Positions 30,329 through 42,550 are shown, counted from the first letter of the stretch. The stretch: 64,000 nucleotides of DNA from Candidatus Oxydemutatoraceae bacterium (GCA_965211995.1 OZ243040.1:1235363-1299362), one strand, 5' to 3'. The notes: a model not told the origin generated them from the letters alone. Translations and numbers: made by a program.

Positions 30329-30943
30329 TCAGCGCGTGTTGCCAAGTTCGATGCTGCTGAGGCCGGGGTGGTCGGCGAAATACCGCGACAACGCTTCCAT
30401 GCCCGCTTCGTCGAGCACCGCAACGATCCCGGTCATGATCGGGTTCGTGCGTTTGCCTTCCTTGTAACTGAGCAACGACCGGTACAGGTAATCCGCGTGC
30501 TGCCCCGCGATCTTGGGATACAAAGGGATCGGGCTGTTGCCGTCGTTGCCGTGGCAGACGCTGCACGTCACGATGAGGTGCTCGAGTTCGGCCGGGACCT
30601 GCGCTTCGGGATTCGGCGGCGCCGATTCAAAAGACGCGAAATAAGCGGCGACGTCGGCCACGCCCCGGCGGTCGAGCCGATGAGCCTGCGCGACCATCGT
30701 CGCGTGGCTGCGCTCGCCGTTCTTGTACGCGTTCAAAGCGGCGACGATGTAGTCGGCGTGCTGCCCGCCCAGCCGCGGCACCCGGTAAGTCGGATACACG
30801 TTGGTGTAAGTCGGAACGCCGTGGCAACCCAGGCAAGTCTGCGCTTTCCATTTTCCGGCCGCGGCGTCGCCGGCGGTTGCCGGCTGCATCGCCGCGGCAA
30901 CCGCAAGTGCCGCGCCGGCCATATACCCAATGGTCTTTCTCAT
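30329..30943 (-). CDS. dihaem cytochrome c4-type cytochrome
   Basis: Two CxxCH motifs (CLGCHG, CSVCHG), signal peptide. Start at MRKTIGYMAGAALA. Confidence 0.75.
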   Translation of the reverse strand: MRKTIGYMAGAALAVAAAMQPATAGDAAAGKWKAQTCLGCHGVPTYTNVYPTYRVPRLGGQHADYIVAALNAYKNGERSHATMVAQAHRLDRRGVADVAAYFASFESAPPNPEAQVPAELEHLIVTCSVCHGNDGNSPIPLYPKIAGQHADYLYRSLLSYKEGKRTNPIMTGIVAVLDEAGMEALSRYFADHPGLSSIELGNTR

Positions 30944-31092
30944 ATCAATGGATTTGGTTATTGCCGCGCTCGGGGAGTCCCCAAAACAATGCAACGACCT
31001 TGCGAATATTAGCACAAATCAAAACCGCAAACGCCTGCAAGTGATATACAATACGCCCCCACTCCAACTCACGGACGCAGGGGCGTGAACCG

Positions 31093-32379
31093 ATGAAATT
31101 TGAAACTGTCGCCATCCACGGGGGCTACGAGGCCGAGCCGACGACGCGCGCGGCGGTCACGCCGATTTATCAGACGACTTCCTACACTTTCAGAGACACC
31201 CAGCACGGCGCCGACCTGTTCGACCTGAAGGAAATCGGGAACATTTACACGCGCATTATGAACCCGACGACCGCGGTGCTCGAACAACGGGTCGCCGAGA
31301 TGGAAGGCGGCGTCGGCGCGCTCGCGCTGTCGTCGGGGATGGCGGCGATCAGTTACGCGCTGTTTACGATCACCGGACAGGGAGACAACGTTATCTCGGC
31401 GCCGACGCTGTACGGCGGCACCTATAACTTCTTCGCCCACACGCTGCCCCAGTTCGGCATCGGGATACGCTTCTGCGACCCGACGCCCGAGGTTGTCGCC
31501 AAGCACATAGACGACAAGACCAAGGTGGTTTTCTGCGAATCGATCGGCAATCCGGCGGGCAACGTCACCGACATCGCAGCGTTGGCCGAGGTCTGCCGCA
31601 GCCGCGGCGTAGTGCTGATAGTGGACAACACGGTGCCCTCGCCCTACCTGTGCCGTCCGTTCGAGCACGGCGCCGACGTCGTCGTGCACTCGCTGACCAA
31701 GTACATGGGCGGGCACGGCAACAGCATCGGCGGCATCATCGTGGACTCCGGAAAATTCCCGTGGAAAGAACACGCCGACCGCCACCCGGTGCTGAGCGAA
31801 CCCGACGCTTCGTACCACGGCATCGTCTATACCGACGCGATGGAGGATGCGGCCTATATCGGGCGCGCGCGCCTGGCGCCGCTCAGGAACATGGGCTCGG
31901 CGTTGTCGCCGTTCAACAGCTTTCTGGTGCTGCAGGGGCTTGAGACATTGCCGTTGCGCATGGAACGCCATTGCGAAAACGCGCTGACCGTCGCCAACTA
32001 CCTGCGGCAACACCCCCAGGTGACCTGGGTCAGGTACGCGGGGCTCGACGACCACCCGGACAAGCCGCTGGTTGACCACTATATGGGCGGCAAGGCGTCG
32101 GGCATCCTGAGCTTCGGCATCGAAGGCGGGCGTGAAACCGGCGCGCGCTTCATAGACGCGCTGCAACTGATCCTGCGGTTGGTCAATATCGGCGACGCAC
32201 GCTCGCTCGCGTGCCACCCGGCGACGACCACGCACCGCCAACTCGGACCGGCGGAACTCAAAAGCGCCGGCGTGTCCGAAGACCTCGTGCGACTGTCGAT
32301 CGGCATCGAGCACGCGGACGACATCATCGCAGACATCGAACAGGCGCTCGACGCCTGCCGCACGCGCAAAACCGCTTAA
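31093..32379 (+). CDS. metY: O-acetylhomoserine aminocarboxypropyltransferase / sulfhydrylase (PLP-dependent)
   Basis: MKFETVAIHGGYEAEPTTRAAVTPIYQTTSY..., Cys/Met-metabolism PLP family, PLP lysine in SLTKYMGGHG. Confidence 0.9.
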   Translation: MKFETVAIHGGYEAEPTTRAAVTPIYQTTSYTFRDTQHGADLFDLKEIGNIYTRIMNPTTAVLEQRVAEMEGGVGALALSSGMAAISYALFTITGQGDNVISAPTLYGGTYNFFAHTLPQFGIGIRFCDPTPEVVAKHIDDKTKVVFCESIGNPAGNVTDIAALAEVCRSRGVVLIVDNTVPSPYLCRPFEHGADVVVHSLTKYMGGHGNSIGGIIVDSGKFPWKEHADRHPVLSEPDASYHGIVYTDAMEDAAYIGRARLAPLRNMGSALSPFNSFLVLQGLETLPLRMERHCENALTVANYLRQHPQVTWVRYAGLDDHPDKPLVDHYMGGKASGILSFGIEGGRETGARFIDALQLILRLVNIGDARSLACHPATTTHRQLGPAELKSAGVSEDLVRLSIGIEHADDIIADIEQALDACRTRKTA

Positions 32380-32803
32380 CCCGCTTAGACTCACGCCCCC
32401 TCGCCGGCCGCGAGTTCTCCGTATGATCTTGCCGGGTTAAAACCCGCTCAGGTCACGCAGTTTCGCCGGCGGCTTGTTGAGCCGGTGACGATAGACAAGC
32501 GTGTAGAAAAGCACCGCGCGCACGTACCGGCGGGTTTCGTCGAACGCGACTGTCGATCGGCATCGAGCACGCGGACGACATCATCGCAGACATTGAGCAG
32601 GCACTCGACGCTTGCCGCACGCGCAAAACCGCTTAACCCGCTTAGACTCACGCCCCCTCGCCGGCCGCGAGTTCTCCGTATGATCTTGCCGGGTTAAAAC
32701 CCGCTCAGGTCACGCAGTTTCGCCGGCGGCTTGTTGAGCCGGTGACGATAGACGAGTGTGTAGAAAAGCACCGCGCGCACGTACCGGCGGGTTTCGTCGA
32801 ACG
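32290..32803. repeat. tandem direct duplication, 2 x 257 bp, across the metY/slt convergent junction
   Basis: ORFs 31069..32394(-) and 32448..32651(-) share identical 35-aa N-termini exactly 257 nt apart. Copy 1 carries an extra slt 3' fragment and copy 2 an extra metY 3' fragment. Confidence 0.8.
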
Positions 32804-34736
32804 GAATCGTATCCACCCATACCGCCCCCTCGGCGACCGGCGCGTTGTTCAGCCAGCGCCGGGCGTTGGTCGGCCCCGCGTTGTATCCGGCCAGACTCAC
32901 CGCCAATCTGTTATCGCTTCTGCGGTACAACTGCTTGATATAAGCGGTTCCGAGCCGGATGTTGATCGTCGGAGAGAGCAGTTTGCGGGGCGAGACTTCA
33001 CCGATGCCGAGGCGCGAGGCGACGGCCCGCGCGGTGCCCGGACGCAACTGCATCAGCCCCAACGCGCCGGCCGGCGACTTGATCTGCTCGACGAAACCGC
33101 TTTCCCTGCGCATGATGGCGTAGATCCACTCGGTCGGCACCTCGCTGCGGCGCGACTCCGCCTCGATGAGCCTCCGATAAGGCATTGGAAAACGCTGCCG
33201 CAGATGCCCGTCCGCGCCGCCGCTTGAGAGGCTGCGGATCGCGCCGATCGGCCAGCGCCAGCGGTCGGCCGCGACCGCAATTTTCAATTTCGTGCGGGCG
33301 TCCACGCGTTCGAGCAACGCCAGCAACTCGCGGCTCGCGTCGAACGGCCGCTTGAGGAGCCAGAGTTCACGCATCCGCGCCACCGCGGGATATGCGTTCA
33401 ACTCCGCCATCTCGGCGTCGGTGAATTCGAGCGCCGCCAGCGCGTGCGGGTAAGGCCGCGCGAGTCGGTCCGCCGCAAGATAGCCGTAGTAATCGTCCTT
33501 TTGCGCCAATTGCCCCCAAATCTCGTGCGCCTCGCCGCGGCGGCCCAACGCCGCGAGCGCGTGCGCGCGCCAGTAACGCCACTGCGGAAAAGCGCGGGCT
33601 TTGCCCTGAAGATCGTCAACGCTTGCGAGCACCTGCCGCCAGGCCTGCATCCGCAACGCGGCGCGTATGCGCCAATAGCGCGACTCGTCGTCGCGATGTT
33701 CGGGCGGCAGCCGCGACAGCCAGCGGTACGCCTCGCGCGGCATCAGGCGCCGTGCCGCGGTAATGCCAATCTCTTTCTCCAGCGCGCGATGCGCGAGGCA
33801 CACGCTGCAATCGCGCTTGATCCGGTCCCACGCCTGCCCCGCCTTGACTGCGTCCTTTGCGATCAGGCGGCGCAGCGCGAACACCATCACGTCGCCGGCG
33901 TAACGCGAAGCCGCAACCTGCTCGCGCATCTTGAACGCGGTGCGCTCGGGATGGTCACGCGCCCGCTTGAGCTCCCCGAACCAGCGGCGCGCATCGCCCT
34001 GCAACTTCCCGCCCAGATAATTCACCAGCCCCGACCGCCCCCGGCTCCACACCAGCAGCGCCCGCTCCCAGATCAGATCATCGTTGAACACGTTCCGCTC
34101 GAAGCCCCATTTGAAAGCGGGATCGCACGCCGGCGGCTGCGAAAAATCCACCAGCCACAGAGACTTGAGCAACTCTGCGGCTTCGTCCGTGCGCCCGGCG
34201 CGGATCAAGGCATACGCGTAGCGGCACCGGTTGTCCTTGTTATCGAAGTTCACCGACTCGTGGTAATGCTCAAGAAAACTGTCCCAGCGGCCGCGGTGCG
34301 CGAGTTGCGCGAGCCAACGATGGCGCAACTTCTCCGCGACCGGCGTCTCACCGCCGTAGGTTCTCAGAAAGGCGGCGATCTCGCCCTCGTCGGCGCGCGC
34401 AAGGCGGCCTTGCAGGTCATGGTGCAACAGATACGGATACAACGGATAACTCGCAAGCGCTTCGCGCCGGCGTTTGAACGGCTTGCGGCTGCCGGCCTTG
34501 AGCGCGCGCTCGACTGTAACGAACAACGCGCGCTGTTCCTCGATGCGGCCGTCGCCGCGCGCCTGCGAAGACAGCGGCGCCGCCAGCAACAGCACACTCA
34601 GGCAGACCGGCAACGCACCGCCCGGCACGCACGCCGACGCATGAGATAATGCACGCCGGCCCGCGGCAACGATCAAATTCGCCCCCCGCAACCACCTTGG
34701 AAACGCTGGCACAAATCTATACGAGCATCGAGGCAT
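32694..34736 (-). CDS. slt: soluble lytic murein transglycosylase (Slt70 family)
   Basis: Superhelical N-terminal domain plus the C-terminal SLT catalytic motifs ESGF...AGALGLMQL...YNAGP. The true start is probably an internal GTG near 34628 (signal peptide ALPVCLSVLLLAAPLSSQA). Confidence 0.85.
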   Translation of the reverse strand: MPRCSYRFVPAFPRWLRGANLIVAAGRRALSHASACVPGGALPVCLSVLLLAAPLSSQARGDGRIEEQRALFVTVERALKAGSRKPFKRRREALASYPLYPYLLHHDLQGRLARADEGEIAAFLRTYGGETPVAEKLRHRWLAQLAHRGRWDSFLEHYHESVNFDNKDNRCRYAYALIRAGRTDEAAELLKSLWLVDFSQPPACDPAFKWGFERNVFNDDLIWERALLVWSRGRSGLVNYLGGKLQGDARRWFGELKRARDHPERTAFKMREQVAASRYAGDVMVFALRRLIAKDAVKAGQAWDRIKRDCSVCLAHRALEKEIGITAARRLMPREAYRWLSRLPPEHRDDESRYWRIRAALRMQAWRQVLASVDDLQGKARAFPQWRYWRAHALAALGRRGEAHEIWGQLAQKDDYYGYLAADRLARPYPHALAALEFTDAEMAELNAYPAVARMRELWLLKRPFDASRELLALLERVDARTKLKIAVAADRWRWPIGAIRSLSSGGADGHLRQRFPMPYRRLIEAESRRSEVPTEWIYAIMRRESGFVEQIKSPAGALGLMQLRPGTARAVASRLGIGEVSPRKLLSPTINIRLGTAYIKQLYRRSDNRLAVSLAGYNAGPTNARRWLNNAPVAEGAVWVDTIPFDETRRYVRAVLFYTLVYRHRLNKPPAKLRDLSGF

Positions 34737-34945
34737 GGGGACTCCACCGCTACGGCTGGCTGTTCATCGCCGCGGTGCTGGTTATCCCGGCGGTCGTAGC
34801 GGGCAACATGGTGCAGTTCTACCTGACCGCGCTGGTTCGGCGTAAAGCACCCGCAGCCTCGCTGATCAAGCCTCTGGTCGGCAATTTTTTAGTCCTGATG
34901 ATCTGTTCGACGGTCATCGCCGTTGCATTTTACTTATATCTATAG
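34649..34945 (+). CDS. possible small membrane protein (weak call)
   Basis: GC3-biased 98-codon ORF with two hydrophobic helices in the slt/btuF divergent region. The start is ambiguous (ATG 34649 or TTG about 34685) and it overlaps the annotated slt N-terminus. Confidence 0.25.
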   Translation: MHAGPRQRSNSPPATTLETLAQIYTSIEAWGLHRYGWLFIAAVLVIPAVVAGNMVQFYLTALVRRKAPAASLIKPLVGNFLVLMICSTVIAVAFYLYL

Positions 34946-34951
34946 CCCGCA

Positions 34952-35920
34952 TTGCATCACCGCGCCATGCTAACACGGTCGAAAAGCGGCGTCCGCGCGC
35001 GCGCTCATTCGCTCCTCCATCTGTTCACGTCACTTGCGGTTTGCGCCGCGGCGGCGGGTCCGGCCCGGGCCGCCGACTCGACGGCAGCGGTCAACGACGA
35101 CCTGCAGCGCGCGGTCTCGCTCGACCGGCCCGCCGCGCGCATCGTCTCGCTTGCGCCGCACCTGACCGAACTGGTCCACTCCGCGGGCGCGGGCGGCAAA
35201 CTGGTCGGCGTCTCGCGCCATTGCGACTACCCGCCGTCGGTCGCGCAATTGCCCAAAGTATCGGACCACGTGACCTTCAACTACGAACTGATCAGCAAAC
35301 TTGAACCCGATCTGGTGCTGGTCTGGAAAGCCGGCCTCAAGGATGCCGCCCTGCGCAAACTGGTCTCGCTTTACCGCAACGTTTACGTCTCAAACCCGAC
35401 CGGCTTCACGGGCATCGCCGAAAACGTCGCCGAGATCGGCGCGCTCACCGGCAATGCAACACAGGCACAACGCGCCGCCGGCGCCTTTTTGCGCGAGATC
35501 AACGGCCTCGCTGCGCGCTACGCCCGGCCGCAGCCGGTCAAAACGCTGTACCTGCTGTGGCACGACCCGCCGATGACGATCGGCGGAAATCACTGGATCT
35601 CGCGCACGCTCGGCCTTTGCGGCGGCGTCAACGTCTTCGCCGACGCATTCACCGACGTCGTCAGGCTCAACCGTGAATCGCTGCAACTGACGCAGGCCGA
35701 CGTCGTGCTGCACAGCCTGAAAGATTATTCGGATCCAAACCGTTCAGCCGTATTCGGCAAGGCGCTCGGCCCGGCGGCGAGTAAAACGCCGGTCTTCTAC
35801 GTCGAAAGCGACTTGATCCGGCGCCCGTCGCTGAGGCTCGCGCAAAGCGCGATGCAACTATGCCGCCTTATCCGTCAAGCGGCCGCGGTTGCGGAGCACG
35901 ACACCGCGAACAGCCGGTGA
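34952..35920 (+). CDS. btuF: periplasmic cobalamin/siderophore-type ABC substrate-binding protein (BtuF-like)
   Basis: Signal peptide, cluster A-II binding-protein fold (RIVSLAPHLTELV...PDLVLVW). Confidence 0.75.
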   Translation: MHHRAMLTRSKSGVRARAHSLLHLFTSLAVCAAAAGPARAADSTAAVNDDLQRAVSLDRPAARIVSLAPHLTELVHSAGAGGKLVGVSRHCDYPPSVAQLPKVSDHVTFNYELISKLEPDLVLVWKAGLKDAALRKLVSLYRNVYVSNPTGFTGIAENVAEIGALTGNATQAQRAAGAFLREINGLAARYARPQPVKTLYLLWHDPPMTIGGNHWISRTLGLCGGVNVFADAFTDVVRLNRESLQLTQADVVLHSLKDYSDPNRSAVFGKALGPAASKTPVFYVESDLIRRPSLRLAQSAMQLCRLIRQAAAVAEHDTANSR

Positions 35921-36137
35921 CTTTATCCTGAAAATCTTCTACCGCGTTCATTCAGCCGGCGAGCACATCTTGCAGTTGGATTGATCTGACGCCGCTTCGA
36001 CGCAACGCCGAGGTCTCCGGCGGCAACCTTGCCGAATTGTTCCCCGTCTTGCGCGCATCAAGCGGCCGCCCCCGAAACTCACTCAAAATACGACGCCAAT
36101 GCGCCGCCTCAACCGCCGCGCGGCCGCGATACGCAGG

Positions 36138-38036
36138 CTATAAATCCGCTTCGACGCCGGCGTGAAACTCAAATCCGCGCCCGGCGTAGCCGTCAACCGG
36201 TTCGTAATCCTTATCAAACACGTTATTCACCCGCGCAAACAGAGCAAACGCCTCGTTGATCCGGCGCCGCGCCGAAATATGCGCCAACGCATAACCGCCC
36301 CGGGTGACGCGCGAAAAATCGTCGCGCCGTAGATCGTGCTGCGGGCCGACGTAATCCAGTTTCGCCGCCACCGACCATGCGGGATTCACCCAGTGCGCCG
36401 CCAGCCCCGCTTGGCTGAGCGGACGCCGCCGCAGGCGCTGATGGTCGCCGTCGTAGGCGCGCATGACCGTATAGTCCAGGCGCACGCTCACCCCCCCGGC
36501 GATTTCCAAAAACGCAAAAGACTCGACGCCTTCGATATGGGCGGACGCAATGTTTTGCAGGGTGGTTCCGTCAGCCGAGGCGCCGATCAAATCGCGAATG
36601 CGGTTGTCGAAGTGGGTCAAGCCCCACCCGGCGTCGGCACCGCCGATCGAAAGCGTCTGCTCGACGCCGAACTCCCGACCACGGCTGCTCTCCGGCTCGA
36701 GACCGGGATTGCCGCGAAAATTAAAGTCGGGAAAATAAGAGAAGCGGTCGCTCAACGTCGGCGCCTTGAACGCGGTGCCGTAAGAGGCGCGCAACCGCAC
36801 CCCGGACTCGCCCACGGCGTAAGCCGCCGCGGCCTGCCAGTTGCGGTCGCTGCCGAAATCGTCGGGGTCGTCGTTGCGCCAGCCGCCCGACAGCGACAAT
36901 GCATCAAACGGCTCAAACCACGCCTGCATATACACCGCGTTGGTGCGCGCATTGTGTTGCGATCGTCCGCGCATTTGCTCCAGTTCGGTCTCTGCGCCGA
37001 CTACAAACTTCATCGCATCCGAGAAAAACAAGTCGTTGCGCCATTCAAATTTGGTACGCTCCCCGCGCCCCGACTCAGCGGACCGTCTGCCGTAGTAAGC
37101 GCCCTGCAGCGAGGGCCGCCAGACCCTCTGCGCAGACTCGCCCGACCAGCGCACGGCGTAGCGCTTCTCAGAGACGGAACTCTTCAGCCCCGGCCGCTCG
37201 AACGGACGGACGTTGCCGTCAAATTCGACGTCCGCCTCGACGTAGCCGAAACTGAAATCAACACGGGACGCAGCGCCGGCCTCCACGCCGACCGCGGCTT
37301 TCACGTCGAGGTTATCGTAGCCATCGCGCTCCCCCCCGCGACCGTCCCGGAGCCGGCGCGGCGTGAGCGACTCGCCGTCGGTCTGCAACCAGGCGCCGCC
37401 GAACGAGAAATTAACGCGTGCGTGCCGCCCCGACAGGCTGAGCGCCGCGGCCTCCGTCGCAAACGAGCCGGTCTCAACGCGCGCCGACGCCCCGGGCGCA
37501 CCCTCGCCGCGCTTCGTGACAACGTTGATCACGCCGCCGATCCCTTCCGAGCCGTATTGCGCGCTGTACGGCCCGCGCAATACCTCGATGCGCTCGACGT
37601 CGTTCAATTGCAAATGCTCGAACGCGAACGAACCGCTGCCGGGGTCGGTCACCTCGACGCCGTCTATCAGCACCAGCACGTGATTGGACTCGGCGCCGCG
37701 CATGAACACCGACGTCTGCGCGCCGACGCCGCCGACCGACGCAACGTGCAGACCGGGCACGCCCGCGAGCGCGTCGGTGATGTCTTTGTACTGATGCAGT
37801 TTGATGTCGCGGGCGGTGATCACCGTCGCCGCGCCGGCAAAGCGGTCGAGCGGCGTCGGAATGCGGGCGCCGGTCACGACGACGGTTTCTTCCGCCTGCG
37901 CCGGTGCGACCGACAGCGCCGCCGCGATCACGGCCAGGCGAGCGGATTTCACGATCACTCGCACCGAGCTTCTCAACTCCTCTCGCGGAAAAGCGATGAC
38001 TCGATCCACCGGGCCGAAGCAACGGCCCGGCGGCAC
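36138..38036 (-). CDS. btuB: TonB-dependent outer-membrane receptor, BtuB (vitamin B12 transporter) family
   Basis: Strong similarity to E. coli BtuB across the plug and barrel (RGAESNHVLVLIDGVEV..., RGPYSAQYGSEGIGGVINVV, NVFDKDYEPVDGY). Its ATG directly abuts the thiC stop (TGAATG). The C-terminus ends ...GVEADL instead of the usual terminal aromatic. Confidence 0.8.
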   Translation of the reverse strand: MPPGRCFGPVDRVIAFPREELRSSVRVIVKSARLAVIAAALSVAPAQAEETVVVTGARIPTPLDRFAGAATVITARDIKLHQYKDITDALAGVPGLHVASVGGVGAQTSVFMRGAESNHVLVLIDGVEVTDPGSGSFAFEHLQLNDVERIEVLRGPYSAQYGSEGIGGVINVVTKRGEGAPGASARVETGSFATEAAALSLSGRHARVNFSFGGAWLQTDGESLTPRRLRDGRGGERDGYDNLDVKAAVGVEAGAASRVDFSFGYVEADVEFDGNVRPFERPGLKSSVSEKRYAVRWSGESAQRVWRPSLQGAYYGRRSAESGRGERTKFEWRNDLFFSDAMKFVVGAETELEQMRGRSQHNARTNAVYMQAWFEPFDALSLSGGWRNDDPDDFGSDRNWQAAAAYAVGESGVRLRASYGTAFKAPTLSDRFSYFPDFNFRGNPGLEPESSRGREFGVEQTLSIGGADAGWGLTHFDNRIRDLIGASADGTTLQNIASAHIEGVESFAFLEIAGGVSVRLDYTVMRAYDGDHQRLRRRPLSQAGLAAHWVNPAWSVAAKLDYVGPQHDLRRDDFSRVTRGGYALAHISARRRINEAFALFARVNNVFDKDYEPVDGYAGRGFEFHAGVEADL

Positions 38037-40307
<2,271 letters not shown>

Positions 40308-40332
40308 TCATGCCAAGCCCTGAGTGAGCAAT

Positions 40333-40420
40333 CGGTTCATCCCCACCCGCGTGGGGAACACAATAGCTAAATTATTTTTTTGATTTTTCGCCGGTTCATC
40401 CCCACCCGCGTGGGGAACAC
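40333..40420 (-). CRISPR. orphan CRISPR remnant, type I-E-like: two 29-nt repeats GTGTTCCCCACGCGGGTGGGGATGAACCG flanking one 30-nt spacer
   Basis: Repeats at 40333-40361 and 40392-40420 are identical, palindromic-core and I-E-like. The spacer is GCGAAAAATCAAAAAAATAATTTAGCTATT. An AT-rich (about 42% GC) leader-like stretch runs 40421-40700 on the transcription-proximal side. No cas genes are in the window. Confidence 0.7.
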
Positions 40421-40751
40421 GTGATACGCCAGTGGGTGCCACGAAGTCCCGGAACCTTCAACTGAATTGGCCTTACCCCAAAAATTAAGGCTATTTCCAG
40501 ATAAAACCATGTCACTGTCTCTTTTAATATTCTCAGTCATATTTGCTCTCTTGAAGCCGAAGCATTGCGTAATTTCTGCCTGACCGATCACAAAATATAG
40601 GGTGATTCCGCCTGTGTCAGTTATCTGGTGGAGAACCAGGGTGCCTTCGTGGATAGACTTCCCGCCCTCTGCAATCAGCAACGGTATCCACATTTCACCT
40701 TTGATATTATATGCTTCTCATCGCCCAATCATCGGCAAGCCGAGAAACATT

Positions 40752-41090
40752 GTGCTCGAATTTTCCCCCGCAGAACTGAAAAGCCGCCTTGCATCGGCTG
40801 AAACCTCAGCCCAAACTCCGCCGTTTTTGCTCGACGTGCGCGAGCAATGGGAATACGACGTCGCACACCTGCCGGACTCGGTGCTGATACCGGTCTCCGA
40901 GATCACGGCGAGACTCGGCGAACTCGACCCGCAACGTGAAACCGTCGTGATCTGCCATCACGGCATCCGCAGCATGAAAATTGCGCAACTACTTAAACAG
41001 GCCGGATTCGAGCGTGTGATAAACTTGCGCGGCGGTTTGGATGCGTGGGCGAAAGAAGTTGACCCGGCGATGCCGACTTACACCAAGTGA
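40752..41090 (+). CDS. single-domain rhodanese (GlpE-like sulfurtransferase)
   Basis: Active-site Cys in VVICHHGIRS, about 112 aa from a GTG. The rest of ORF 40602.. is CRISPR-leader sequence. Confidence 0.7.
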   Translation: MLEFSPAELKSRLASAETSAQTPPFLLDVREQWEYDVAHLPDSVLIPVSEITARLGELDPQRETVVICHHGIRSMKIAQLLKQAGFERVINLRGGLDAWAKEVDPAMPTYTK

Positions 41091-41134
41091 TTCCAGCGGC
41101 GGCCCGGCCCGGCCTAAGAAACCACCGCGCAACC

Positions 41135-42550
41135 ATGGCCCGCACTTTCCCCATTCGACGCACAGCCCCGAACGCCTCAAGGCGGGCGTCCCGGCGTTCG
41201 CAGGCGCCGGCCGCTCCGGCCTTGCTTGCGCCCGTGTGGCTGATGCCGTTGCTGATTCTGGCCGCCGCGCCGCTCGGCGCCGCACCCGGCCTCTCCGACC
41301 TGTACCGCCAGGCGCTTGAAAACGACACGCAGTTTCATGCGGCCGAAGCCCGGCAGGAAGCCGGATCGCTGTCGCCCGGCGTCGCCCGCGCCCGGCTGCT
41401 GCCGCAACTGAGCCTGAAAGCAAGTCGCACGCGCTTTGCCGAGCAGGAAATTCGAGGTACGAGTTTTGGCGGACCAGGAAACTACTCCTACAACGTTGAC
41501 CAGTTGAGCATTGACCTGACGCAGACTTTGTTCAATCTTAGCGACTACATCGAATTCAAACAGTCGAAGTCGGAAGCCGAAAGAGCCGGGCTGGAACTCG
41601 AAGCGGCGCGCCAAAGTTTGATCCTGCGCCTCGCCGAGGCTTACTTCGACGTATTGTCGTCCGAAGAGACGCTGAAATTTACCCGCTCGGAGAAAGAAGC
41701 CGTCGGCCGCCAGTTGGAACAGGCGCAGGAGCGTTTCGCGGTGGGGCTGGTGCCGATCACCGACGTCAAGGAAGCCGAAGCCGCGTTTGACCTGGCCGAA
41801 GCCGAGAGAATCTCGGCCGACAACCAGATGCACAACGCGATGCACGCGCTGTCGGTGATCACCAATTACGACGCACCGGCACTGCGCCCGCTGGCCGAGG
41901 AGATCCCGACCCCGGCCCCGGCCCCGGAAAACATGCAGGCGTGGGTGGACCGTGCGCTCGCCCAGAATCTCGACCTGCTCGCACAGCAGATCACGACCAA
42001 CGTCGCCGCCCGGGAAATCGAACTGCAGCGCGCCGGGCACTACCCTTCGGTGGGACTGTTCGCAAACCGCAGAGAGAACGACACCAGAAGCGGCAGCCCC
42101 GCTCCGCGAGAGTCCAAAGACTTCACCGTCGGCATCGAACTCAACGTGCCGATCTTCTCGGGCCAGGGTACCCGCTACCGCACCAAGCGCGCGGCACAGC
42201 TCCACCGCGAAGCGCTTGAGCAACTCGAAGGCGTGCACCGCGAAACCAAGCGCGCGGCGCGTGAAAACTATCTCAACATAGTCGCGAGCGTCAGCCGCGT
42301 TGCGGCGCTGAAACGCGCCGAGGAATCGGCCCGCACCGCGCTTGAGTCGAACGAAGCCGGGTTTCGGGTCGGCACACGCACCTCGGTTGACGTGCTGATC
42401 GCGCTTAGAGACCTGTTCCGCACCCGGCGCGACTACGCCGACGTGCGCTACGAATACCTGCTCAATACATTGAGGCTGAAACAAACCGCGGGCCTCCTGT
42501 CCGAGCAGGACATCGCACGGCTCGACGGCTATCTGCGCGATCCGCCCTGA
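41135..42550 (+). CDS. tolC: TolC-family outer-membrane efflux channel
   Basis: Two OEP repeats (LSDLYRQALENDTQF...; ...LDRALAQNLDLLAQQ), signal peptide. Start uncertain (41135 or 41243). Confidence 0.8.
   Translation: MARTFPIRRTAPNASRRASRRSQAPAAPALLAPVWLMPLLILAAAPLGAAPGLSDLYRQALENDTQFHAAEARQEAGSLSPGVARARLLPQLSLKASRTRFAEQEIRGTSFGGPGNYSYNVDQLSIDLTQTLFNLSDYIEFKQSKSEAERAGLELEAARQSLILRLAEAYFDVLSSEETLKFTRSEKEAVGRQLEQAQERFAVGLVPITDVKEAEAAFDLAEAERISADNQMHNAMHALSVITNYDAPALRPLAEEIPTPAPAPENMQAWVDRALAQNLDLLAQQITTNVAAREIELQRAGHYPSVGLFANRRENDTRSGSPAPRESKDFTVGIELNVPIFSGQGTRYRTKRAAQLHREALEQLEGVHRETKRAARENYLNIVASVSRVAALKRAEESARTALESNEAGFRVGTRTSVDVLIALRDLFRTRRDYADVRYEYLLNTLRLKQTAGLLSEQDIARLDGYLRDPP

Noticed and set aside
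30944-31092. Hairpin ACGCCCC..GGGGCGT in the metY 5' leader as a possible SAM riboswitch
   Set aside because: It does not match the SAM-I, SAM-II or SAH consensus elements that I know. It is probably just a promoter or leader secondary structure.
34737-34951. Cobalamin riboswitch upstream of btuF
   Set aside because: No B12-box (GCCACTG / AGYCMGGAAGACC) was seen. The region is GC3-biased and reads as a small ORF instead.
40367-40693. 108-aa ORF proposed by the six-frame track
   Set aside because: It reads straight through CRISPR repeat 2 and the spacer (..HVFPTRVGMNRRKIKKII) and lies in AT-rich leader DNA. It shows no similarity to Cas2 or any other family.
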